This document shows, piece after piece, positions 24,342 through 35,338 of a stretch of 64,000 nucleotides of DNA; position 1 is the first letter of the stretch, and the number at the start of each line of letters is the position of its first letter. The notes beneath the pieces are model-generated. The model had not been told where the DNA came from and searched no databases. It worked only from the letters and a program-made list of their open reading frames with translations. A program made the translations under genes and the position numbers. Origin of the DNA: Bispira polyomma (Eukaryota); contig OZ287758.1 of assembly GCA_965649765.1 (NCBI GenBank), forward strand, positions 20,832,001-20,896,000, given 5' to 3'.

Positions 24342-27300
24342 GGTGTGTAGGGGTGTACTACGTCACAATCAGTCTGGTCAAAACAAAACAACAGGATAGA
24401 CTATGTGTACAAAGTCTATATGATACAGTAACATCATGGTGTGGGAGAATATAACTTGTCTGCAGCATAACAATTCCCAGTGACATGATTTTGAAAGTTG
24501 ATGTGGGTTTTCGGCAGCTGAATATTTACAATGTAACTTGCAACGTTCAAATGTTGAAGAATCTCAGTGTTTTTTCCAAGCCTAAATAGTTACACCATTT
24601 TCTAAGATGATATATGTTTCAAAATCCCACCAATGATATTGGTTTTTGACAGCCAAACACTTTTACGATTTGGTGGGATGATATGTATTTTGGCATCACA
24701 CGTTTATAGGATGAAACAATATGAGACATAATAGACCAATGTGCAAGCATACACATGTATAATCACATGTAACACTGAGAAACCACATCTACGTTTACAT
24801 TAGTATTTATTATTATATAACACTTTTTATTCCTACTCACAGTATGTGTACAAATAACACTATAGGAGTACACTATAAGATGTTGAAACAAGCAACATTA
24901 AGCATGGCTCTCACAATAGATCAAGAAATAAATCAACATTAAATTGTTTTGTCAATGGCAACCTTGTAGTAGTACAAATACTTACAAATACTAATCTCAA
25001 CTAGTTACTAAGTGAGCTTATGCTTTGGTATGGATGACAGTTCTACCCTTTAAGTCAAGTTCTCGGTCACATTTCCATACTCCCAGATTCCATTATTGAA
25101 CATTGTTTTTTTTTTTACAAACAATAAATGACTTGGACAAGAAACATCAATATCTAATACAACCATCATCTTGTCCAATAATAGAGCAACTCGCTTTTTA
25201 TTCCCCATTACCGATCAGTGGCTACACTAATCTCCACAACTAATCACACCCACCTCAAAACTAAACCTAAAGTAAACACAGTGTCTTGTCTGTGTTTACA
25301 CTTGACTTGCCTAAAACCCTTACAGTGAATCTGACTTAATCCAGTCATACATAACATACTCCACTGAATATTATGACAAAGTTAAACCTATGTCTGTAAA
25401 ACTCATATGTACTTCTACTTAGAATCCAGATTAGGTTTCAATCTTACAGGGAGAACATTTTCTTGCTGTGGAGGGGGTGGGGCGGGCAGGGCTGGGGGTG
25501 GAGGGGATGATGTTCCTCGGAGCGTTGCATTCTCTTCACACCCATCTGGGACAAAACACGGAAACCGAATTACAATGATTTGTGAGATGTTTGGAGGGGG
25601 GAGGGTTTGGTCCCTAAACCTAGCTTCTATTACTCTCCTTTTGTGCTATAAAACAGCTACTCCATGCTGTGATCTATGTATCGGCTTGTCTTCCTACGCA
25701 TATTACTGTCCAAAATTGTATTTGTATTTATAGAAATGGAATGAATGGGTTGTACTTTTTAGTCTTTAATAAATGGCAAATTACGGCATGTTTCACACGG
25801 ACGTGATATTTGGGCCCCGAATTGATGGGCCCTATGGCCTGTTGTGAGAATGGGTTTGGTTTTTTTGCTAAAAGGCAATTATTGTTTTGTACTCTTACAT
25901 TTCAGGATTAAGATTTGGAATGACATTAAAAAAAAAAATGCCATGAGACATAGACAAAGTAGATGATGACGATCATTGTAAATTAAGACAGAGGCATCAT
26001 TCTGCCTTAATCTGAAACTCAACTCACACTGAAGTTCCAATCAAAGTTCTCCCTATCTTTGGCTAGTAAGCAGTTAAGTACCATTTAATTACATATTACA
26101 ATACAGTGCTGAAAGCTCTATTAAAATGAATACTCACAAATTTAAGGTTATACACATGGTCGTCACCAAAGTCGAATCTTGGTTTGAACTTGAATTTCTT
26201 GGGCGAATATGTGCCCTGTGCTGCCTAGTTTGAGTATTAAGGACATGAATCATTCATGTAAGTAGTATTTGAACAAACATCATATTTGGATAGTTATCAT
26301 ATCACCCACTCCTTATATTCTATGCACCTTAACAGTGACGACTCCGAAGACTCTGAAGACATATTGACCACATACTACAAACCAGGATAATTTAGAAAAT
26401 CTGATCAGATACACTGAGGAATAAGTTCTTTATTTCTGTCTCAAAAATAAATTGTAAATGGTATGCCTGTTACTTCTTGTTGCCATCAGTATATCATCAA
26501 AATCAGCCATTACACGCAACATTAAACTTCACACCAAAATTTACCATAACTTCTTTTTACGTAATATATGGTAATAAAAAGTGTTAATTATTATACGTAA
26601 TGACTGACTTCGCAGTTTGACTATATCATATATATGTGCATATTTACATAGTGGAGATTTCAATGACATAAGATTCTACATGAACTAACCAACTACCTTT
26701 GAAAGGGTATATCATTAACAACCACTTCTGGTGGGAGGATAGAAACCGGCGTGATGCAATGAATGTTACATTTGACGTTTATTATTGTTATTTTGACATT
26801 AATTGCACTGTAGTTGCTTTCCACTAAAAGGCCATTGATACAAAGCTCTTTAGGCAAGCAATCATTCAGCCTTGTCTACGATCCTGAATAGCTCTGTATT
26901 TGGTATTTTGATAACCTCCTATCCAACTAGATTATAAGATATAATGCCAAGTAAAATTGTGAATCAAAACAGCTAAAGTTACATCATGTTTAATAAATTT
27001 ACAAGATGCTGGTGTCTTAGTATCTATACCTTATGAAGAACTCTAGAAGTTTCTAAATCAGAATAAACTATACTTCAATAGTTTACTATTTAGTTTAACA
27101 CAAACTATAATTTACTTTCACTGTGAAACATACTATTGTCATTACTTTGCTATAACTGTCAGTGTTCAAATAGACTTTTTCCTCTTACTGCTTTGGATAT
27201 GCTTGACCACCCAATGCATTTGCAAATTCATTGAGTTTCATTCCTATTAAAACTGACATGAGTGAAAGTTCAATTTCCTTTTTTCGAAAGCTGGTGGTTG

Positions 27301-28655
27301 ATTTATTTAATACTCAGATTTGGTAAGACTACAATGCCCAATATTGTACATAAAGCCAAAATAAAAGCCTGTTTTAAATAGACATAAATAAGCCTGATAC
27401 TTCTAATTCTTACCGCCTGGTGAGCTGCATTAGCCACTTCACAGTGGTCTCAGAGTGCCTTCCATACGATTTATTAATGGACACTGATCTTAGAAATGGT
27501 TGATTATTAGCAACATTAAGTTTTTCAGGAAACTCTATTATCCAAGCAATCATTCTTAGAACCAACTAACATACAGTTTAAAAGTATTATGTGTGTTGAC
27601 TTTATGGTCACAGATTTCAACATGGATATTATTGTTCTGATGAAATATTACACTTTGTACAGCCTGAAAAAATGGTTAAGGTTTTTCACACTGCATCTGA
27701 TCAATCAATAATTATCCTTGCAGTTCCTAGTGATTAGTGCCTCTCTGGTTATTGTGGTAAATGGGGTGAAGGTGTGAAATTACTCTCTTAATCCGAAATA
27801 ACAATCAATCGCGAAGCGTATTGAGCCAGTGGAGGCTTTTCTTGCTACATTTCATCCACAAAAGGAAGCCTGTTTAAACATGGAAAGTCTGTCGATTACA
27901 ATAATGATCATGTGTTAGACCGAGTAAAACATCAGTTCAATAGCTTACAGTGGAACCCAAAAAGGTGGATTAAATCAGCTCTATCATCCTGGTTCACTAC
28001 CTCTTACAGGTTATTGACATTTCACCGAGTGGTCTAGGCTAAATTGATTACAATTTGGTTTCTTCTGATGTGTTCAGTTTTTTAAGCAAAGGCAATACTC
28101 GTTAGTTGCAGCTGGGTATAATTAACTGACATTGTTGAGGGGATTATTAATTACAGTGAAGCATAAGAGAACTAGAGCAGATGGTTTAGGACGTGGATGG
28201 TGTTCAGTACAAATATGTCAAACTAATCTCTTGCATCTTTATTTCACCTGTTGTTGTATGTGTGTTTTTATATTTAAATATATATAAATTAATGTGATGT
28301 TGTAGACATCACATAACTATGTCAGATTTTTGAAATTTAAAAAAATGAATGTACATATAAGGGTTTTATCAAAATGTGAATTTTAATCCTTTATTTAGTT
28401 CTGTTATAACAGTTAGTTAATATTTCTACAGTAACAAGAAATAACAATAACCACACTTTTAATTAAATGAATTTGAATGAATATATTAAAATACAGTGTA
28501 ATTATATTGAGTAAATGAATATATACAAGTAAATGTATTTTAACTTAAGTGATACACCTTCAAGCTTCTATAACCAGAACAAAAAACTAACTTGAAAATA
28601 AACTTGAAAAAGTAAATGGAAACCTTTTCTACAAAGATCAAATAAATACACCTAC

Positions 28656-28699
28656 CTTATTTGGAGTACGGCAAAGATCCAGGAAGACATTTTGAATTA
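28656..28699 (-). other. Candidate 5'-UTR/alternative exon (44 nt) containing the short frame MSSWIFAVLQI
   Basis: tgttgtgttag|...AAG|gtaggt with an internal CAAAATG. Function unverified. Confidence 0.3.
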
Positions 28700-29470
28700 C
28701 TAACACAACATTACAGTATGAGCTGAAGCCACAATGCCCATCAAGCTGCTCTCCCTGAATTACACAACCCTCACTGATATGTCACAGACACATCACTAAA
28801 ATAGCACGAAGTTTACAGAAAACAGTAATTAGGGAGAAAACAACAGTATGCTGATGACATCTACTTGTTGTCAGTCTGATAATGATCCAAAGAATGACAA
28901 CTATATATGTGTTCAGTTGTATAAAATAGAGACTGTTAGATTACACAACTGCTGGGTGTTTTAAGCACTGGTATGTCACTGTGTAATACTATAGTTTGAA
29001 CACATGTTATATAAGAGGATTGCCTGAGCTTTTCTCTTTTTATTCATATCTATCCCAACCAGTAATTCCTTATAGATGCAGTATACACTCTTATCGGCGA
29101 TTTTATGTTACTTCCACAAGCCTCAACGGTAGCTACATATGTCTTTTTTGGTGTACAAATATCAGCATAAAAACATGCACGACCAAAATCCCATATGTGG
29201 CTTTCTTCACATTTGACTTCAATACATTTACATAACCCACCCTTACTGATCATTTCTTAGAGAAATATATTTTTTATCTATTTTGTTGTGGGTCCTGTTA
29301 TGTGATATCTGTACAGTAATGCAGCAATCTAAGTCCCATCTGTACACATTATCTGACAGTGTAAGTCCTTGGTGGTATCATAGGAGTCATTTAGACCCCA
29401 AACAGCCCCCTAAAAAACGTCCTGGCCCCTTGTCTGGTGTGTGTAGCTACTGTTGCTGGGAGCCAGCTAC

Positions 29471-29510
29471 CTCTCTCTCTCTCTGTGAGTATATGTGTGT
29501 GTGTGTGTGT
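29471..29510. repeat. (CT)n and (GT)n microsatellites in a pyrimidine-rich, possibly promoter-like region
   Basis: Direct reading; CT-rich tracts continue to ~29660. Confidence 0.8.
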
Positions 29511-30460
29511 TGGAGTAGGCCCTTTTCCACCACATGCAGTTGCTGCACTCTGCTCCAATGAAACCACAGTTTTTCCTTTTTCTATTTTTCCAGCTTCACT
29601 ACCTTAAATAGCCCTGCCTCCTCCCCCCTCTCTCTCTTTCATTACCCCCACCTCTTCAGGCCATATAAAGCAATATATTGGTTGTTTTTCTACTCTGTTC
29701 TAGTTTTGTCAATACTCCTTTTGGATATGTACCACCTTTGTGCTTTCAGTAATCTGTTTATTCTTCCTTGACACTATTTCCTACACAGAAGTGCTTCAAT
29801 CTCAAGCTGTAGAAGTATCTTTTATCAAGGGCACGACTTCGACGAATCAATCAGACCTCCATGCTTTAATACCTGTTGTTATCATGTTAAATATGTGGTA
29901 AGTTCTATTTTTTTTTAGGTCTTCCTGTCCCACATTATATGTCTACAAGTCTAGTTAACAAAAATTCACTGTTTTTTTCTATTTAGTGGCCAATTTTTAA
30001 GCTTAATACCACTATTACTTTGTAAAACATTCTTCAGAAATCAATTTTGCTCATGCACTTACAAAGAGAGGATTCATGTCTAGTGAAAATTTAAATTTGT
30101 AGTAATAGAAATGGTTGATTGTGAAAATCCCTAAACAATACATCGCCCAGCAGTGTCCTAAATCAATAATTGACCAGAAAGTAATACATAGTAGGATAAA
30201 GTCATCCTAAGCGTCAGTGCCCCACTTTGAAAGCTAACGCCCCCAGCGTTAGTGGCCTCAGTTCTGGGGTACCAGGCTGTTCACTACTATGGGATGGATG
30301 GGCGAGTATATGAGCCATCCCCCTTTCAAATTCTCCTGCCTTTTACCGTTCGTCAACAGAAGCACTAGGAAAATTTAAATACTGTTTGGGTGACAAAGAG
30401 TGTTTTATGTCTATACTATTTATTTGGTTTTAGTATTTTAGTTCAATATACACTCAAGTC

Positions 30461-31479
30461 ATGCCAGGTAAAAAGACTGTGTTTTGTCCGAAGTGTTTGC
30501 AAAAACATGAGAGACCTGTTGGAAGAAACTGTTTGGTTAATATGCCTGATATCTCGGGTGAGGGGGTGGAAGTTGATGCTGGCTCCCATAAGGACTCGCT
30601 GGTTCATTCGAACGAGGCTGTATCTAGCGCTATGCTACAGCAGTTACAATCTCTCAGCCAGGTAGTCGAGAGGATGGATCAGCGAGTCCAGCAGACGGAG
30701 GCAGCGTTGGCAGCTAACCTCACCAGTAGTAAGGCAAGTAGTACCGTTACTTCTAGTATCACTCTTAGTGTTTCTAAAGATTTAGTCTCTGCTGACGAAG
30801 GTAAAAGCCCACCTACTGGCCCGGATACTGTCGTTCCGAGTGTCAAATTTTTAATTCAGAACGCTCAGATTCAGTTGCAAGTAGAACAGAGGTTAAAAGA
30901 ACTCCGGTCTCTTAATGAAATTCCCTCAGGTAAAATTAAGTCTCAAAGAACTGGGGGGAACGAGGTTATTGTAAAAAAGGCGGTCGAATGGCCCCAGAAT
31001 TATGTGCTGACTGGCAGCTCAAAGACTCGCCCTAGTTATGACGACTTAACCCTCGTTCAATGGGTTTGTGGCTTCACCCGGATCGCTCATGAGGAGAAGT
31101 CGATTGAAATTAAGAACACTATGCTAGATTACATGAGTGGGAGGCGGCGAAGGCCTGCCATGCGGTAGTCCTGACAAATATGGAGATGGACAAGTTTGGG
31201 TGGTTGGATGTCGAGAAGGTCGACCGGATCTGCAGGGCACACGCCCAACGCCATGTAGGTGTGTCCAGATCTTTTCATGGGGCGAATGGCCGTGCTGGTA
31301 GCACTGGCAGTAGTAAAACTAGTCAGAAAAAGTCAACACCTTGCAGGTTCTTTCAAGAAGGAACTTGCAAGTTCTCTAGCTCACATAATACAGGCGGACA
31401 AATGTACAGGCATGGCTGTGAAACTTGTGGGGGTAGTCATAAGACCAGTATGTGTAGCAAAAAGGAGGCAAAAAACTGA
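30461..31479 (+). pseudogene. Gag-like ORF1 of YR copy 2 (broken near 31137)
   Basis: N-terminal CPKCLQKHERPVGRNC knuckle, coiled coil, WPQNYV and YDDLTLVQWVCGF. The frame switches to WEAAKACHAVVLTNME, followed by a C-terminal CRFFQEGTC..H..CETCGGSH..C zinc cluster. Confidence 0.85.
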
Positions 31480-31503
31480 GGGGCCACTGCTTGGATGCAG
31501 TGG
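31470..31503 (+). promoter_or_regulatory. Putative -1 ribosomal frameshift signal (gag to pol) in copy 2
   Basis: A_AAA_AAC (31470-31476) lies immediately before the gag TGA, followed after 7 nt by the stem CCACTGC-ttggat-GCAGTGG. The -1 frame is the open frame of ORF 31491-32213. Confidence 0.75.
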
Positions 31504-33988
31504 ACAGAAAGGTTAAAAAATTTAAGGTTGTAAATAGAACTGTTTATGGCACAGGCTTTAAAAATTTTCATTTGTTTGAGGAAAATGTGTATCAGAAAAT
31601 GTGTAAATATATGAAGGTCAAAAGGTCGAATGTTAGCTATAGTGAGGCTTTAAAAAGTACTGCTAGTACCAGAAAATCAATGTTTGTATATAATACAGGG
31701 CATACAGAAAATCTGAGGTATAAGGGTGAAGTTGACAGGTTTAGCTCTGGGGAGGTGACACAAAAGGGCAGGTTTTGCCAACCACAAAAGGTTGGCAGAG
31801 CTGAACTCAAGAATAATGTTGACACCTCTGCTGCCACATCTATTCAAAGGTTTGAAAAGTTAACACCGGTAATTGGCACCTCCATTCAAGTGGCTAAGAA
31901 GGTAACACCTATTGTGAAGCGACCCCCATGCACAAAGCACCAGGGCGTGGAGACAAAAGGTGTTAGAATATCAATTCAGAGGGGGGGCGAAAAGAGCCGT
32001 GTCAATGAAGCTCACTGTGGCCTTCAGCTTAACAATCGTTTTTCCGCGTTAGCACAAATACCTGTGGAGGACAATGCAGCTATTGTGAGGGTCGTTCGCT
32101 CTAGTAGCACGCCGGTAACAATGGGGGCTTTGCAAAGCACCAAGAGACAGGTACTTGCACAGAACGTGTTAATGAAAATGTTGAAATCTCTGATAAGTAT
32201 TCGTGTGCTTTAAAGCACAAGAAAAATAAAAGGGAGTTGCCTGCATAAGGCGGCCTCGAATCAAACACACAAAAAATGGCAGGACCAAAGTAGTCATGCA
32301 TATGGATTTATTCCTCTCTCAGCTTTGGGCAGTGAGATTGCTGACCAGGGTGGGGGAGGGCACGAATTATCCATATTACAAATGCATGAGAAACTACGTC
32401 TTGATGGCAGACATAATTATGCTGGCCTCCAGATTCCTGTTCCTTCCCAATTAAAAGCAAAAACGTGGGGGAAGTATTTACAAACCTACTGGAATTGGCA
32501 ACTGCCTCTCCTTATAAAATATGGATTCCCTCTTGATGTGTGTCGAAAAATTCATACCGAATCGAATGAAACTAACCATAAGTCGGCGGAGGAATTTCCT
32601 CAACATGTACACGCCTATATGAGGGAAGAATGTGACTTTGGGGCAATGCTTGGTCCTTTCGACACCCCACTGATTCGGAATTTGCATTGTTCCCCTTTAA
32701 TGACCAGACATAAACCCAACTCGCTTAACAGGCGTGTGATTGTGGATTTGAGTTGGCCTCAGGGGGCTTCAGTAAATGCAGGTGCTTCCCCGACTTCTTA
32801 TCTGGGTGTCGATTTTTTACTGTCTTACCCTTCTATTGATCATCTTACTGCTGAAGTGTCTAAATTGGGAAAGGGTTGTCAGATATTTAAAATAGACGTA
32901 AGTAGGGCGTTTCACCACATCCCCATCGACCCTGGCAACATTGACCTCTTTGGGTTGAAATCTTACTATGTTGATAAATCGCTGCCGTTCGGTTATTTGA
33001 ATGGCAGTACTATTTTCCAACGAATTTCGGATGCAGTGCGTTTCATAATGCACTCAGAAAATCATAACGTCCACAATTATATTGACGATTTTTTTATGTG
33101 TATCACTTCCCAGCAAAATTCAGAAAACGTTCATAAGATTGTAAGAATTGCTTGCTGAACCTGGTCTTACAGTTAGCCAGAAAAAATTGGTTTCCCCCAG
33201 CACTGAGGTAGTCTGTTTAGGCATAATAATAGACACAGTCAAATGCACAACTTCTATCCCGTCTGAAAAAATGGCAGAAATCCAGAGCAAGTGCAGGGAT
33301 TGGGCTTCAAAAATTATTGTACCAAGAGAGAACTACAGTCCTTACTGGGCCTTTTGCTATACATCTCTAAATGTATTAAATATGCTCAGGTTTTCTTGAA
33401 TAGAATGTTGGAACTGCTAAGAGATAATCATAGTAAAAATAAAATTGTAATAAGTGATGCATTTAGACGTGACTTAAATTGGTTTACAACTTTTGCAGAG
33501 CAGTTCAATGGTGTTTCCTTTTTCTTACATAAACCCATATCAGGTGAGATAGAATTGGATGCCTGCCTCACAGGTATGGGGGGGATTTATGGAAATCAAA
33601 TTAAAGTTCCTACAAGTATAACAGAGTATAACATAGCTTCTCTTGAAATGCTGAACATTTTGGTAGCATTGAAATTATGGATCCGAAAATGGAAGGGTCA
33701 GAGAATTTTAGTAAGATGTGACAATCAGGCAGTAGTCAGTGTCTTACAGACAGGACGTACTAGAGACCCATATTGGCCACCTATACTAGAAACATATACA
33801 TGTTAGCCAGTAAGTTTGACATTGAAATTGTTGTGGTCCATATTCTAGGTAGAGAAAATAAAGTGGCTGACTTACTTTCCAGATGGGCCGAGACAGAAAG
33901 TAACCACCTATTACTAAACCAATTGGCTGGACCTATTCAATGGCTTCCTGCCCCTGAAAATCTGCTTTATGTAAACACTCTTATATAG
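31476..33988 (+). pseudogene. Pol of YR copy 2: basic N-terminal extension, reverse transcriptase and RNase H (several frameshifts)
   Basis: RT motifs RRVIVDLSWP, FKIDVSRAFHHI, LPFG, YIDD, CLGIIID. RH motifs LDACLTGMGG, LEMLNILVALKLW, RCDNQAVV, HILGRENKVADLLSR. Confidence 0.92.
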
Positions 33989-33994
33989 CAGGTT

Positions 33995-34013
33995 GTAGTT
34001 TTCTTTTTTCAGG
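33995..34013 (+). promoter_or_regulatory. Putative 3' splice acceptor directly upstream of the YR frame
   Basis: gtagttttcttttttcag|G with AG at 34011-34012. Phase-1 entry is in frame with YR. Copy 1 has ttgcag| at the equivalent position (10233-10234). Confidence 0.65.
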
Positions 34014-34967
34014 CACTCACCCTGTGGGTCTGGCTCTGATGAGACGGGCTTGTGATAAGCTGAACTCAGCTCTCACTCCAGCCACTAATATAGCATATGA
34101 CAGGATGTTCCGACAGTTCCTAGCTTTTGGAGTCTTTATGTCTTGGCCTCCCCACAAGGTGACTGTGTTGCAAATTTTAGCATATCTAGAGTTCTTAAAT
34201 TTCAATGGTGTTTCGGCCTCTCAGGTAGTGAATCACATGTCGGCTGTGAAGGCAAAATGTGTGCAAGTATTTTCTGATCAGAGAATTTCTTATTTCACTA
34301 AGGCCATGGCTATGCATAGACCTTTACAGGTGAAGTTGAAGTGCACTTGCTTAGGGCTCTGATTAGTAAATGTGATAGTACTTACATGGGCCAGATTTTC
34401 AAGGCTGTTTATTTGACAAGTTTTTTCACATTTTTGCGTTTATCCAATCTGTGTCCTCATTCAATGGGGTCATACTCTCCCCTTAAGCAACTAGCTAGAG
34501 CTGATGTTTTCTTCAAGCCAGGGTATGCGGTCATCATAGTCAAATGGTCTAAGACACTGCAGAGAAATGATGCAGTTCGTTTGTTAACCATCCCAAGTAT
34601 ACAAAATTCAATTATCTGTCCTGTTCAGGCCTTGAAAGCCATGTTAGCCATCTCACCAAAAGTGAAAAATCTCCCATTATTTCAGTTTAAACTCCAAGGC
34701 TCGTGGGTTTCACTAACGGACACACGTGTGCGAAGACACCTCAAAAATATACTATCCTTACTTGGTACTCAGTACTCTGGCTTGACCTTTCACGCCTTCC
34801 GACGTTCAGGTGCCACCTTTGCGTTTAACAATAATGTCAAGATTCAAGATATTCAAAAGCAAGGCACCTGGACGTCGGATTGTGTTTGGCGTTACATCTC
34901 AGACTCTGTTGATGCTGGTACTCAGGTTGCTGATTCCTTTAAAAATGTCCTACAAAACACCTACTAG
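34013..34967 (+). pseudogene. Tyrosine recombinase of YR copy 2 (one frame break near 34345)
   Basis: Catalytic set is present: FLRLSNL (R), KWSKT (K), HAFRR (HxxR), QGTW, RYI (Y). Confidence 0.92.
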
Positions 34968-35030
34968 TTTGGGGCTTGGTGGTCTAACTTAAATATTCAG
35001 GCTTAAGATCTGTCATCTAAGACCTTTTTA

Positions 35031-35338
35031 GGCATAAGGTCCCCCCCCTTTATTATATTAGTACATATTGTACTCAAGTATCTAAAGTTCGACTTAAAAC
35101 CCTAAGTCAAACTTTAGACTAGCATAAATTTAAAGTTTAATCTCTTAAGTTTGCACTTAAATCAAAATTTTTACCACACCTAAACTCTTAACCTTAAACT
35201 CAAATCCTCTAAGTTTGGACTCAAAGTCAACTTTGGCAAACTTACACTCTTAAACTCATTCTACTTAAGGTCACCTAAACGTAAGCTTTGTATAAGCTCT
35301 AGGCCTTAAACTCACTTGAGTTAAGGGGACCTTATGCC
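35031..35338 (+). other. 3'-terminal multi-hairpin domain of YR copy 2
   Basis: Perfect 14-bp closing stem GGCATAAGGTCCCC/GGGGACCTTATGCC. Internal hairpins at 35060-35074, 35081-35118, 35145-35160, 35210-35244 and 35265-35309. CTTAAACTCAC at 35305-35315. Confidence 0.8.

Noticed and set aside
30201-35021. Split direct repeat from gtcatcctaag (30201) and gtcatctaag (35012)
   Set aside because: Only ~10 bp with a gap and no counterpart in copy 1; too short to be an A repeat.
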